Positions 1 to 9,810 of a DNA stretch of 64,000 nt are shown one piece after another. The notes beneath the pieces were generated by a model. It worked only from the letters and a program-made list of their open reading frames with translations. It made no database searches and had not been told where the DNA came from. The DNA lies in assembly GCA_913046315.1 (NCBI GenBank), contig CAJWRW010000002.1:9246-73245 (forward strand), in the 5' to 3' direction. Origin of the DNA: an uncultured Flavobacteriales bacterium (GTDB taxonomy: Bacteria; Bacteroidota; Bacteroidia; Flavobacteriales; BACL11). Within the stretch, counting starts at the first letter, position 1. Every line of letters starts with the position of its first letter. A program made the translations under genes and the position numbers.

Positions 1-2
1 TA

Positions 3-362
3 GAAATAGCAAGCAATAAATCAAATCATGGAGATGGCAGCATGTATGCATCTGTTTTATCAGGGATAGATTTTGATAAGGGCTATTTATATGCTAAGAA
101 GATACAAAAAGGAGGAGCAATTCCATATGGCCCATTTGTAAAAAATGGCACAAATTGTTCTCGCTTTGTTGCCTCAATGATGCAAGCTACAAAGCCATCA
201 CTAATCAAAAAAATAAGGCTAAGATATCCTTTTTGTATTTCCCCTTCTCCAAAAAGAAATGTAGGAATTGCCAATACAACTTATTACATTGTAAATAACA
301 AAAATTGCAATTGCATCAAAAGAAGTAAAATTGTATCCTATTTAAATAGTATTGAAAGGTGA
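3..362 (+). CDS. hypothetical protein, C-terminal fragment (frame open to the left window edge)
   Basis: The frame of the listed 42..362 ORF stays open back to nt 3, so the listed Met is probably internal. 'GTNCSRFV' resembles the NCxxFV catalytic-Cys motif of LRAT/NlpC-P60-type papain-like enzymes. Nothing else recognised. Confidence 0.4.
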   Translation, partial: EIASNKSNHGDGSMYASVLSGIDFDKGYLYAKKIQKGGAIPYGPFVKNGTNCSRFVASMMQATKPSLIKKIRLRYPFCISPSPKRNVGIANTTYYIVNNKNCNCIKRSKIVSYLNSIER

Positions 363-655
363 AAGGGAAAATAAATGCACCAATTAAAAATAACAAAATT
401 CCAAAAAACGCACAATGGTTAGGGGGAATTGGATCAGGATCTTGGTTTTCCATTGAGCAGCAAAAAACAGACTTTTTCATTAAAAGATTTTCAGAAAATG
501 GGTTTTTGGAATGTGCTGGTATTTTTAGGCTGCAAAAGACAGGTTTTGACATTAACAATCCTTATCAGTTCACCTATTTATCTCATTGTAAAATGTGCAC
601 CATTATTCAAAATAAAACTGAGTATAAATTAGAATTAATAACAAATGAAGATTAA
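359..655 (+). CDS. hypothetical small protein (98 aa)
   Basis: GTG start overlaps the upstream stop (GTGA at 359-362). Its 3' end overlaps the next ATG by 11 nt. No recognisable motif; coding status rests on the coupled arrangement only. Confidence 0.35.
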   Translation: MKGKINAPIKNNKIPKNAQWLGGIGSGSWFSIEQQKTDFFIKRFSENGFLECAGIFRLQKTGFDINNPYQFTYLSHCKMCTIIQNKTEYKLELITNED

Positions 656-884
656 AATTTATGGTGCCGATTGGTGCTCAGATTGTGTAAATGCAAAAAA
701 TTTCCTTTCTGCAAAAGGAGTGGAGTATGAGTACATTATTATAACAGACAATCCTGAAGCTATCGCCTTTGTAGAAAAAATAAATAATGGGAAAAGAGTC
801 ATCCCTACCTTAGAAGTAGATGGAGTGGCTTATTCAAATCCAGGAATTAACGGATTAATGAAGATATTAGAGAATAAAGATTAA
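645..884 (+). CDS. glutaredoxin-like thioredoxin-fold protein
   Basis: 79 aa. N-terminal 'YGADWCSDCVNAK' CxxC redox motif and a downstream 'RVIPTLEVDG' cis-Pro/beta-strand pattern typical of Grx/NrdH-like small redoxins. Confidence 0.75.
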   Translation: MKIKIYGADWCSDCVNAKNFLSAKGVEYEYIIITDNPEAIAFVEKINNGKRVIPTLEVDGVAYSNPGINGLMKILENKD

Positions 885-908
885 TTTTGTATTTTCAAAG
901 CCAGCCCT

Positions 909-2804
909 ATGAGTGATGCCATAAAGCACGAATGTGGAGTAGCAATGCTCCGATTGTTGAAACCACTTTCATTTTATCAGGAAAAATACGGTAGCTCCCT
1001 TTATGGTTTGAACAAAATGTATTTACTGATGGAAAAGCAACACAATAGGGGACAAGATGGTGTGGGGTTGGCCAATGTTAAACTAGATGTCCCTGCAGGA
1101 AAAAGATACATTAGCAGAAAGCGATCAATTAGCCCAAATCCGATTCAGGATGTGTTTAAGCAAGTTAATAGAAGGTTTGTTGATTTGGAGGTAAAAGCAG
1201 CAGAAAAACTCAATGATACCAAATGGTTAAAGGAGAATCTGCCATTTACTGGAGAGTTATTTTTAGGACATTTGCGCTATGGGACTTTTGGTGGCAACAC
1301 CATTGAGCAGTGTCATCCATTTTTAAGACAAAACAATTGGAAAACCAGAAATTTGGTGCTTGCTGGCAATTTTAACATGACCAATGTAGAGGAACTTTTT
1401 CAGCAATTGGTCGATTTAGGCCAACATCCAAAAGAAATGGCAGATGCCGTAACTATTTTAGAAAAGATAGGGCATTTTTTGGATGAAGCAAATGATGATA
1501 TTTACTATAAAAATAAAGATAGATTCAATAAAAAAGAGATAACAGCTATTATAGAAAATGAACTTGACATTCAAGACATTTTAACACAATCGGCAAAATA
1601 TTGGGATGGCGGCTATTTGATGTGTGGTTTGTTTGGTCACGGAGATGCTTTTGCCCTGAGAGATCCAAATGCCATTCGTCCTGGGTATTATTATAAGGAT
1701 GATGAGGTGGTAGTTGTTGCATCAGAAAGACCCGTTATACAAACTTCCTTTAATGTAAAAGCAGATCAAATACACGAGATAAAAAGAGGCCATGCGCTTA
1801 TTATTAAAAAAGATGGAAGTGTGCAAGAAAAAATGGTGCGCGAACCATTAGAGCGCAAAGCTTGTTCTTTTGAAAGAATTTATTTCAGCAGAGGAAATGA
1901 TGCATCTATTTACAATGAAAGATTATCTTTAGGAAAGCGTGTTTTCAGCAAAGTATTAAAGTCTATTAATAATGATGTAAAAAATACCGTTTTCTCTTAC
2001 ATTCCAAATACTGCTGAGGTGTCTTATTTTGGGCTTTTGAAAGGTTGCCATGAATACCTCAATGAAGTAAAAACAAAGAAAATTCAAGCTTTAGGAGAAA
2101 ATCCTTGCCATAATGAGATAGCTGAGATTATGAAGATTTCACCAAGAGCAGAAAAGATTGCTATAAAAGATGCAAAACTCAGAACATTTATTACCTCAGA
2201 CGACAGTAGGGATGATTTGGTAGCTCATGTGTATGACATTACTTATGGTACGGTAAAGCCAACAGATAATTTGGTAATGATAGACGATTCTATTGTTAGA
2301 GGCACTACATTAAAGCAATCGATTATTAGAATCTTAGATCGTTTAGAGCCTAAGAAAATTGTGATTGTTTCTTCTGCTCCTCAAATTCGCTACCCTGATT
2401 GTTATGGTATTGATATGTCAAAAATGGGAGATTTTATTGCTTTTAATGCTGCTGTTGAATTGTTGAAAGAAACAAATCAGGAGCACATACTTGCTGATGC
2501 ATACAAGAAATGCAAAGCAGAAGAAAATCTACCAAAAGAAGAAATGAAAAACCATGTACAAGCCATTTACAAACCATTTAGTGCAGATGAAATTTCAAAA
2601 AAGATTTCTTACCTTTTAACTCCAGCAGACACAAAATCTGAAATAGAGATTATTTACCAAACTATAGAAGACTTGCACGCGTCTTGCCCTAATCATTTAG
2701 GCGATTGGTATTTTACGGGAGATTACCCAACACCAGGTGGAGTGAAGGTGGTGAATAAGGCATTCATTAACTATATGGAGGGCAAAAACGAAAGGGCTTA
2801 CTAA
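909..2804 (+). CDS. purF: amidophosphoribosyltransferase (long Bacteroidota-type class II GATase + PRTase)
   Basis: N-terminal 'HECGVAM' Ntn-type glutamine amidotransferase start. PRPP-binding loop 'LVMIDDSIVRGTT'. 631 aa. Confidence 0.9.
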   Translation: MSDAIKHECGVAMLRLLKPLSFYQEKYGSSLYGLNKMYLLMEKQHNRGQDGVGLANVKLDVPAGKRYISRKRSISPNPIQDVFKQVNRRFVDLEVKAAEKLNDTKWLKENLPFTGELFLGHLRYGTFGGNTIEQCHPFLRQNNWKTRNLVLAGNFNMTNVEELFQQLVDLGQHPKEMADAVTILEKIGHFLDEANDDIYYKNKDRFNKKEITAIIENELDIQDILTQSAKYWDGGYLMCGLFGHGDAFALRDPNAIRPGYYYKDDEVVVVASERPVIQTSFNVKADQIHEIKRGHALIIKKDGSVQEKMVREPLERKACSFERIYFSRGNDASIYNERLSLGKRVFSKVLKSINNDVKNTVFSYIPNTAEVSYFGLLKGCHEYLNEVKTKKIQALGENPCHNEIAEIMKISPRAEKIAIKDAKLRTFITSDDSRDDLVAHVYDITYGTVKPTDNLVMIDDSIVRGTTLKQSIIRILDRLEPKKIVIVSSAPQIRYPDCYGIDMSKMGDFIAFNAAVELLKETNQEHILADAYKKCKAEENLPKEEMKNHVQAIYKPFSADEISKKISYLLTPADTKSEIEIIYQTIEDLHASCPNHLGDWYFTGDYPTPGGVKVVNKAFINYMEGKNERAY

Positions 2805-3193
2805 ACCCTATTGGCAATTAATTTAAACCCATAAATAGCAGCTGGCAGATAAAGAATGGCTTCCAAATTAAACCAAATTGGGTGTGGCAACAGATATAGA
2901 TTCCATATTCCCATAATAGTAAAAAACCCACCTATAATATAGCTTACATACATTTTTTTAGAAAGCATTGCTGCAGCTATACCTGCAATAAAAGTGCCGC
3001 CAATATGTGCAATCATCACCATAAGTAAAGAACCTAATGATGCAATTTTTACATATTCAGCAATGGCATTCATATCGTCCATATTAGTTCCTTCAGGTAG
3101 AGGATAAAAATACATACCCAAATAATGCAAGCCCATTATGGCCAAATTCCCAACTATAATTCCAGCAAGTACAGCTAAAATATTTCTTACCAT
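2801..3193 (-). CDS. small integral membrane protein (about 4 TM), unknown function
   Basis: 130-aa ORF made almost entirely of hydrophobic helices (ILAVLAGIIVGNLAIMGL..., LGSLLMVMIAHIGGTFIAGIAAA...). 4-nt convergent overlap with purF. Confidence 0.55.
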   Translation of the reverse strand: MVRNILAVLAGIIVGNLAIMGLHYLGMYFYPLPEGTNMDDMNAIAEYVKIASLGSLLMVMIAHIGGTFIAGIAAAMLSKKMYVSYIIGGFFTIMGIWNLYLLPHPIWFNLEAILYLPAAIYGFKLIANRV

Positions 3194-3264
3194 TTTTTAA
3201 TTTTTCTTCAAATGTAAAAAAGCCCAAAAATAGCGGGCTTTTCAATTTTGTATAAGCGAGTAAA

Positions 3265-5682
3265 TCATCTTTTCTCAGTAGTGTAGACATTACCTTTCCA
3301 AGAAAACAAAATGTCTTTCCCGGAGCCAAATTGCGTAACTGCCATATTAAAAGCAGAATTGAAAGAAGCAATATTTATAATTGGGATTTCTTGTCCAGCA
3401 ATATTTTGGACTTCCAATTTCTGCACAATAGTGAAAGGGTCTTCCTCTTGCGCCTTTTTTTCTTCTTCAATCTTAAGCGCCTCTTCTTCCTCTGCTGTTA
3501 AAGGCTTAGGATGGTTAGGTGCAATCGTCATTTCATCAATAAGGTGAGTAGCACCTGCAAATTTGTCTATTACAAATAAGGTATATCTGATATCTACAGA
3601 AATGGTTCTTTGTACCTGGTTCTCAAAAGCAATATCACCACTCATTGCCTCCCAATTGCCATCAAAGGCGGTACCAACCAATTCGCCCCAGGCATTAATA
3701 ACAGGAGAGCCTGAATTACCGCCAGTTATATCATTATTTGAAATAAAGTTAATTCTCAAATTACCTTCTTCATCAGCATATCTTCCATAATCTCCAATGG
3801 CATAAAGTTGTTTTAGCTTGTCAGGAACAATAAACTCCTCATTGGTTGGATCTTCTTTTTCCATGATTCCATCAATGGTAGTATAGTAGTCATAGTGCAT
3901 GGCATTTCCTGGCTTGTAATCCCCAACATTTCCGTAGGTTAAACGCATGGTTGAGTTGGCATTAGGATAATATTTTTTATCAGGATTCATTTCTCTTAAA
4001 CCAGCTATAAAAAGGCGATTTCCTTTTTCCAAATCAGCTCTAATTTGCTTTCGTTTAGGAGAATGATTGGCCAAATAAAAATTATAAATTGACATCAATG
4101 TTTTGTAAGCAGGATCTTTCTCAATTTTCTTTGCTGAGGGACTATTTAAGAAATCATAAAATTTTGTACGATTAGCGAAAACGGATTTTTTGAATACTTT
4201 TTTTGCATAAAAATCAAAGTCCAATTTTTTTAATCCAAACTGCTGCTTTTCTATTTTTTGTAAAATATCAGGATGCTGGCTTTTTGGAATATTGTAATAA
4301 TACATTTCTAGCATTGCAGAAAGCAGGTTTTCATCTAGTTCAGCATTGTAGTCTTTATAAAAATCTTTTGCCGTATTTTTCATCTCTTTAATTTCAGCTC
4401 TTCTTTCTTTCCCGTCTTCCTTAGGTAAACGGCTAACCATATTATTCATCATAAAAGAAAAATACAATATTTCTGCCCCCTGAAAAACAGCCTCATTCAG
4501 GTAAGTTCTTGCGACATTTATTTTTTTGTTCTTAAAGTAAGTATCTTCAATCAAGCTCAAAGCTTTACCATATTTTTCTTGCCTTTTGTCGTCTCCACTT
4601 GCAACCCAAACTCTAAAATTATCTTCAATTTCTTTTTTCTTTTCATAGACATGCATTCTTTTTAAGCCCTTGCTTTGGCCAATAAAATATTTCCAATAGT
4701 TGGATGTTTGCGCATACTTTGCAGCATATTGAATTTTGGTTTTACTGCTATTGTCCATAAAGGATTTCATAATGGCTAATTTTTTACTTCTAATATCCAC
4801 TATGGTTGGTGCAGATTGATCAATAGCTTCTTTCACACCATAAGACGTTAAGTACCTGTCGGTTCTTCCAGGAAAACCATAAATCATGGTGTAATCGCCA
4901 TTATCAACACCATCTAATGAAACCGGCAAATGATGTTTTGGTTTCATAGGAATATTCTCTTCAGCATATTCTGCAGGATTACCATCAGGGCTAGAATAAA
5001 CACGGAAAAGCGCAAAATCTCCCGTATGTCTTGGCCACATCCAATTGTCGGTATCTCCACCAAATTTACCTATGGAAGATGGAGGCGCTCCAACCAAACG
5101 CACATCCTTAAAAGTTTCATACACTAAAAGGTAATATTCATTTCCACCAAAGAAAGATTTAATTTTTGCATTGTAATGATTACCTTCAGTAGCTTCTGCC
5201 ACTATGGTTTTTATGGCTTCTGCAATTTTTGTTTTTCTATCACTTTCGGACACAGTCAATTCATCTATTTCAGACAATACCTTATCTGTTACAGACTCAA
5301 TGCTCACTAAAAATGTAGCTGTAAGTCCCTCATTTTTCAATTCTTCTGCTTTGCTCATGGCCCAAAAACCATCTTCCAAATAATCATTAGAAACGGTTGA
5401 ATGAGATTGAATCGCATCAAAGGCACAATGATGATTCGTAAGCATTAGTCCTTGATCAGAGATCATTTCGCCAGTACAAAATCCGCCTAAAGAAACAATA
5501 GCATCTTTAAGGGAAGAATTATTCACACTGTACAAATCCTCAGCAGAAAGCTGTAATCCTTTTGCTTGCATCTCTTCTTCATTCAAACTCTTTAATAGTT
5601 GAGGAAGCCACATGCCTTCATCAGCAATAGCCGAAAAACAAAACACAACCCCCAGAGCAATAGTTAAAAATTTATTTGTCAT
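3265..5682 (-). CDS. S46 family dipeptidyl-peptidase (DPP7/DPP11-like) with extra C-terminal tail
   Basis: Signal peptide followed by the family hallmark 'ADEGMWLP'. Catalytic His context 'LTNHHCAF'. Catalytic Ser context 'TGGNSGSPV'. Confidence 0.9.
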   Translation of the reverse strand: MTNKFLTIALGVVFCFSAIADEGMWLPQLLKSLNEEEMQAKGLQLSAEDLYSVNNSSLKDAIVSLGGFCTGEMISDQGLMLTNHHCAFDAIQSHSTVSNDYLEDGFWAMSKAEELKNEGLTATFLVSIESVTDKVLSEIDELTVSESDRKTKIAEAIKTIVAEATEGNHYNAKIKSFFGGNEYYLLVYETFKDVRLVGAPPSSIGKFGGDTDNWMWPRHTGDFALFRVYSSPDGNPAEYAEENIPMKPKHHLPVSLDGVDNGDYTMIYGFPGRTDRYLTSYGVKEAIDQSAPTIVDIRSKKLAIMKSFMDNSSKTKIQYAAKYAQTSNYWKYFIGQSKGLKRMHVYEKKKEIEDNFRVWVASGDDKRQEKYGKALSLIEDTYFKNKKINVARTYLNEAVFQGAEILYFSFMMNNMVSRLPKEDGKERRAEIKEMKNTAKDFYKDYNAELDENLLSAMLEMYYYNIPKSQHPDILQKIEKQQFGLKKLDFDFYAKKVFKKSVFANRTKFYDFLNSPSAKKIEKDPAYKTLMSIYNFYLANHSPKRKQIRADLEKGNRLFIAGLREMNPDKKYYPNANSTMRLTYGNVGDYKPGNAMHYDYYTTIDGIMEKEDPTNEEFIVPDKLKQLYAIGDYGRYADEEGNLRINFISNNDITGGNSGSPVINAWGELVGTAFDGNWEAMSGDIAFENQVQRTISVDIRYTLFVIDKFAGATHLIDEMTIAPNHPKPLTAEEEEALKIEEEKKAQEEDPFTIVQKLEVQNIAGQEIPIINIASFNSAFNMAVTQFGSGKDILFSWKGNVYTTEKR

Positions 5683-5787
5683 TTTTTCAGTTTTTAATTT
5701 TTTGCAAATTTATATAGAATTCCTCACCTAGTACCAAAACAAAAATAGAATTTGCTTAAAAATTAAAACGTATTTTAGCCATAGATT

Positions 5788-6528
5788 ATGTATGAAAAAA
5801 AACTTACCAGAATAAATAAATTTCTTTCCGAAATAGGATACTGCTCTAGAAGATCTGCAGACAAACTAATACAACAAGGAAGGGTAAAAATAAATGGAGA
5901 AGTTCCATTAATGGGGACAAAAGTTTCTGATGAGGACGAGGTAAGTGTAAATGGGAAAGTAGTTCACAGAGCTAAGAAGAAAAAGATGGTTTATATTGCT
6001 TTTAACAAACCTAGAGGTATTGTTTGCACAACTGATCAGTTTAGAGAGAAAGACAATATAATTGACTATATCAATTATCCTACACGAATTTTTCCTATTG
6101 GAAGGTTAGATAAACCTTCAGAAGGTTTGATTTTCCTGACTAATGATGGAGATATTGTAAATAAGATACTAAGAGCTAGAAATAATCATGAGAAAGAGTA
6201 TGAAGTTTCTGTAGACAAACCTGTAACTAAAGAATTTATAGAAGCCATGCAAAGTGGGGTTCCTATTTTAGATAGGATTACCCAAAAATGTAAGGTGAAA
6301 CAAACTGGTAAAAAGACCTTTAAAATTATTTTAACTCAAGGTTTGAACCGTCAAATTCGTAGGATGTGTGAATATTTAGGTTATGATGTAAAGAAATTGA
6401 AAAGGGTAAGGATTATGAATGTAAAGTTAGATATAAAAGTAGGAGAATATAGAGATTTTACTGCTTCAGAATTAAACACAATAAATCAGCTTCTAACCAA
6501 TTCTTCTAAAACTTTTAATGGAGATTAG
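5788..6528 (+). CDS. rluF: 23S rRNA pseudouridine synthase, RluF-like (RsuA family)
   Basis: S4 domain 'RINKFLSEIGYCSRRSADKLI'. Intact catalytic 'PIGRLDKPSEGLIFLTNDGD', 'HEKEY' and 'GLNRQIRRM' motifs. Close to my memory of E. coli RluF across the core. Confidence 0.85.
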   Translation: MYEKKLTRINKFLSEIGYCSRRSADKLIQQGRVKINGEVPLMGTKVSDEDEVSVNGKVVHRAKKKKMVYIAFNKPRGIVCTTDQFREKDNIIDYINYPTRIFPIGRLDKPSEGLIFLTNDGDIVNKILRARNNHEKEYEVSVDKPVTKEFIEAMQSGVPILDRITQKCKVKQTGKKTFKIILTQGLNRQIRRMCEYLGYDVKKLKRVRIMNVKLDIKVGEYRDFTASELNTINQLLTNSSKTFNGD

Positions 6529-6598
6529 AAATTCCAATAAAGAATGTGAGTAATTAACTTTTAGTTCTTAATTCTAAATAATCTTTATTTACACAAAT

Positions 6599-7339
6599 CT
6601 AATTAAGCTCTTTTAAAACTACATCCCACAATTTTTTACGCGCAATAAGAGATTTAATAGCAGTTTCTTCAACCTCTTTCCATTTTTGCTCATCCTCTCC
6701 GCATAAATCAGAGATAAGTTGCAAGGCAAGTGGTCCGTGTTCTCCTCCATCTAATTCAATATGTCTTTCCAGATAATACACAAACTTATCTAGTTTATTA
6801 TCGGTATTGTATTCGTCTATAATAGCAGTAAACATGTCAGGAATTAAATCTTCTCTACCAAAAGTAAAAGCAGAAGCAATTTTATGAGCTTCTCCACTAT
6901 CTATTACATCAAAAGTAGAGTTTAAAAAACTATCAATTCCTTTATTTACTGATGGAATATTATTTTCGGAAACCTCAGCTACAAAACACTCAATTGGTCT
7001 TATTTTTGCTCCTGATTGTTTCATAGCATCCAAATACATTTCGTAATGAGAAGCTGGATTTCCGTCAGCATCTACATCACTTTCTTCTTCCAAAACAATA
7101 GAGTTTATTAACCGCCTTATTTGTGTGTCTCCAACAGGTTTCCAAGGAGATGAGGTACAGGTAAGTATAGATTGTAATGCTTTTAATAAAGACATAAAGT
7201 CCCAAACAGCATACACATGATGTTCCATTAAAACAGCAATATCTTCTACACTATTTATCTTTTTATACAGTGAGTGATTTACAATTTCTTCTTTATATGA
7301 TTGAATATTTTTATTTATTTCTAAAATTCTAGGATTCAT
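6599..7339 (-). CDS. DUF3050-family protein (all-helical, heme-oxygenase-like fold by recollection)
   Basis: 246-aa ORF. 'HHVYAVWDFMSLLKALQ' region matches my recollection of DUF3050. ATGA overlap with the upstream DUF2480 gene (7336-7339). Confidence 0.65.
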   Translation of the reverse strand: MNPRILEINKNIQSYKEEIVNHSLYKKINSVEDIAVLMEHHVYAVWDFMSLLKALQSILTCTSSPWKPVGDTQIRRLINSIVLEEESDVDADGNPASHYEMYLDAMKQSGAKIRPIECFVAEVSENNIPSVNKGIDSFLNSTFDVIDSGEAHKIASAFTFGREDLIPDMFTAIIDEYNTDNKLDKFVYYLERHIELDGGEHGPLALQLISDLCGEDEQKWKEVEETAIKSLIARKKLWDVVLKELN

Positions 7340-7845
7340 TTTTTCTTTTTATAAACAGGTACAGCCGAGCAGGCCTCCCCAAACATTAAACTACTTACAC
7401 TATTTTGCAATTTTTGTGTAATTGCAACATATAAAGCCTCACTTAAAGGGATATTTCCACAACCCTTTACAATTACTTTTTTATTTTTAAACTTTTCAGG
7501 TTCAATATTATTAATATTTTTTAATAAGATATTTTGAAAGACTTCTTTTTTTTCCCCAAAATAAACCCCGGAAGAAATAGGGTGTAAATAAGATGAAACT
7601 AACATGTAAGCCCACATAGGAATAATAGCTTCTGCGCTACAATAAAGAGTTGCTATATGCCCTTTATATCTTGAAAAATCAAATTCTTTTAAGGAAGATC
7701 GAAAGCCTTTTTCTTTTAAGATAATTCCTTCAAATAACAAAACTTTCAAATCAAAAAGTAGGATATTTTCTTTAGGAGCATGGTCCGAAAGATCAATAGT
7801 AATTAAACCACTATTAGCAACTCTATTTATAATTTCCCCACTCAT
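7336..7845 (-). CDS. DUF2480-family protein
   Basis: 169 aa. N-terminal 'IINRVANSGLITIDL' as in flavobacterial DUF2480 proteins that follow suf genes. 3-nt gap from the upstream DUF59 gene. Confidence 0.65.
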   Translation of the reverse strand: MSGEIINRVANSGLITIDLSDHAPKENILLFDLKVLLFEGIILKEKGFRSSLKEFDFSRYKGHIATLYCSAEAIIPMWAYMLVSSYLHPISSGVYFGEKKEVFQNILLKNINNIEPEKFKNKKVIVKGCGNIPLSEALYVAITQKLQNSVSSLMFGEACSAVPVYKKKK

Positions 7846-7848
7846 CTC

Positions 7849-8172
7849 TTAAAGCATTCCTAATTCTAGTTTTGCTTCTTCACTCATCATGTCTTTGGTC
7901 CAAACTGGCTCAAAAACAATCTCTACTTCTACATTTTTCACAGCAGGAACTACTTTAACTTTTTCCTCTATTTCAACTGGAAGGGTTTCTGCAACAGGGC
8001 AATTTGGAGAAGTTAATGTCATGGTAATTTTTACATCACAATCCTCACTTACTTGCACATCATAAATCAAGCCTAACGCATAAATATTTACAGGAATTTC
8101 AGGGTCATAAATTTCACAAATAACCTCTACCACTTCTTCCCCTATTTTTTGTAATTCTTTTTCTGTTTTCAT
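7849..8172 (-). CDS. SUF-associated Fe-S assembly protein, DUF59 (SufT-like)
   Basis: 107 aa with the DUF59 signature 'TMTLTSPNCPVAE'. Embedded in the suf operon. Confidence 0.85.
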   Translation of the reverse strand: MKTEKELQKIGEEVVEVICEIYDPEIPVNIYALGLIYDVQVSEDCDVKITMTLTSPNCPVAETLPVEIEEKVKVVPAVKNVEVEIVFEPVWTKDMMSEEAKLELGML

Positions 8173-8176
8173 GCCA

Positions 8177-8593
8177 TTATTTATTTAACGCTATAGCGTA
8201 TAACTTCATTTGCTTTATCATTGATAGTAATCCATTTGCTCTTGTAGCAGAAAGCTGTTCTTTTAAACCAATCTTATTTATAAAATCCAAATCTGCATTT
8301 GCAATATCATTTGCACTTTTTCCAGATAATACTCTAATCAATAATGCAATTATACCTTTAGTCATAATAGCATCACTATCAGCAGAAAAGAGAATCTTAC
8401 CTTTATTTTCTTCGGCATGCAACCAAACTCTACTTTGACAACCTTTTATTAAGTTGTCCTCAATCTTGTGTTTTTCATCAATAGAAGCAAGGTCTTTACC
8501 TAAATCAATTAGGTATTCATATTTCTGCATCCAATCCTCAAACATATCAAAATCTTCTATAATTGCTTCTTGTATTTCCTTTATCGTTTGCAT
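8177..8593 (-). CDS. sufE: SufE-family sulfur acceptor
   Basis: 'IKGCQSRVWLHA' persulfide-acceptor Cys motif. I prefer the internal Met (MQTIKEIQ..., ATG at 8593) because the longer listed ORF would overlap sufS. Confidence 0.85.
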   Translation of the reverse strand: MQTIKEIQEAIIEDFDMFEDWMQKYEYLIDLGKDLASIDEKHKIEDNLIKGCQSRVWLHAEENKGKILFSADSDAIMTKGIIALLIRVLSGKSANDIANADLDFINKIGLKEQLSATRANGLLSMIKQMKLYAIALNK

Positions 8594-8595
8594 GA

Positions 8596-9810
8596 CTAGG
8601 ATAGCATTTGTTTTGCTTTTTTTATAGCGTTCATACAAATATCAATTTCTTTTTTAGTGTTGTAAACTGCCAAAGAAATTCTTGCAGTTCCAGGAATATT
8701 AAATCTTTCCATTATAGGTTGTGTACAGTGATGCCCTGTTCTTATTGCAATTCCCATTTTATCTAACAATACGCCAATATCATAAGGATGAACCCCCTCT
8801 ATGTTAAAAGAAATAATTCCAGATTTATGATTAGAAGTCCCATATATTTTTACTCCCTCTACTTTTAATAGCTCAGTAGTAGCATATTCCAATAAAGTAT
8901 TTTCATAATCTGATATGGTATCTAACCCTAATTCAGAAATAAAATCTATTGCAGATTTAAAAGCAATAACACCAGCAATGTTTGGAGTTCCTGCTTCAAA
9001 TTTATGAGGCAAGTCTGCAAAGGTGGTACCTTTAAAACTCACCTCTTTTATCATTTCTCCACCACCTTGATAGGGAGGTAATTCATTTAAAATTTCTTCT
9101 TTTCCATACAACACTCCGACACCTGTTGGACCATACATTTTATGTGCGCCAAAACAATACAAATCTACATTTAACTCCTGCATATTTAATGCAATATGAG
9201 AAGCTGCTTGAGCGCCATCAATCAGCACTTTTGCACCTACTTGATGCGATTTTTCAATAATCTCCTTTATAGGATTAATGGTGCCTAATGCGTTAGAAAG
9301 ATGGGATATAGCAACCAATTTTGTGTTTTCTGAAAGAAGATTTTCAAATTCAGTCATGTTTAGTTCTCCAATATCAGTTAGAGAAATAACCTTTAAACTT
9401 GCCCCAGTAAATTCACAACACATTTGCCAAGGCACGATATTCGAATGGTGTTCTAGTTCAGAAACAATTATCTCATCCCCTTTATTTAAAAGAGAACGAA
9501 AACCATTTGCAACCAAATTAATAGAGTCTGTAGTTCCTTTAGTAAAGATGATTTCATGCGCATATTTTGCGCCAATAAAATTTTGTAAAGTAGTTCGTGT
9601 TTCCTCAAATTTATCGGTAGCCAATCCACTTAAAAAATGAACCCCTCTATGAACATTTGAATTTTCATCTTTATAATACTTGTTTACTGCATCAATTACA
9701 GCTTGTGGCTTTTGAGTTGTTGCTCCATTATCAAAATACACAAGTTTTTTTCCATTAACTTTTCGGTTTAGGATAGGAAACAGTTTTCTTATTTCAGAAA
9801 CACTAAACAT
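8596..9810 (-). CDS. sufS: cysteine desulfurase, SufS type
   Basis: PLP-lysine context 'FGAHKMYGPTG'. Active-site Cys loop 'RTGHHCTQP'. 404 aa. Confidence 0.95.
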   Translation of the reverse strand: MFSVSEIRKLFPILNRKVNGKKLVYFDNGATTQKPQAVIDAVNKYYKDENSNVHRGVHFLSGLATDKFEETRTTLQNFIGAKYAHEIIFTKGTTDSINLVANGFRSLLNKGDEIIVSELEHHSNIVPWQMCCEFTGASLKVISLTDIGELNMTEFENLLSENTKLVAISHLSNALGTINPIKEIIEKSHQVGAKVLIDGAQAASHIALNMQELNVDLYCFGAHKMYGPTGVGVLYGKEEILNELPPYQGGGEMIKEVSFKGTTFADLPHKFEAGTPNIAGVIAFKSAIDFISELGLDTISDYENTLLEYATTELLKVEGVKIYGTSNHKSGIISFNIEGVHPYDIGVLLDKMGIAIRTGHHCTQPIMERFNIPGTARISLAVYNTKKEIDICMNAIKKAKQMLS

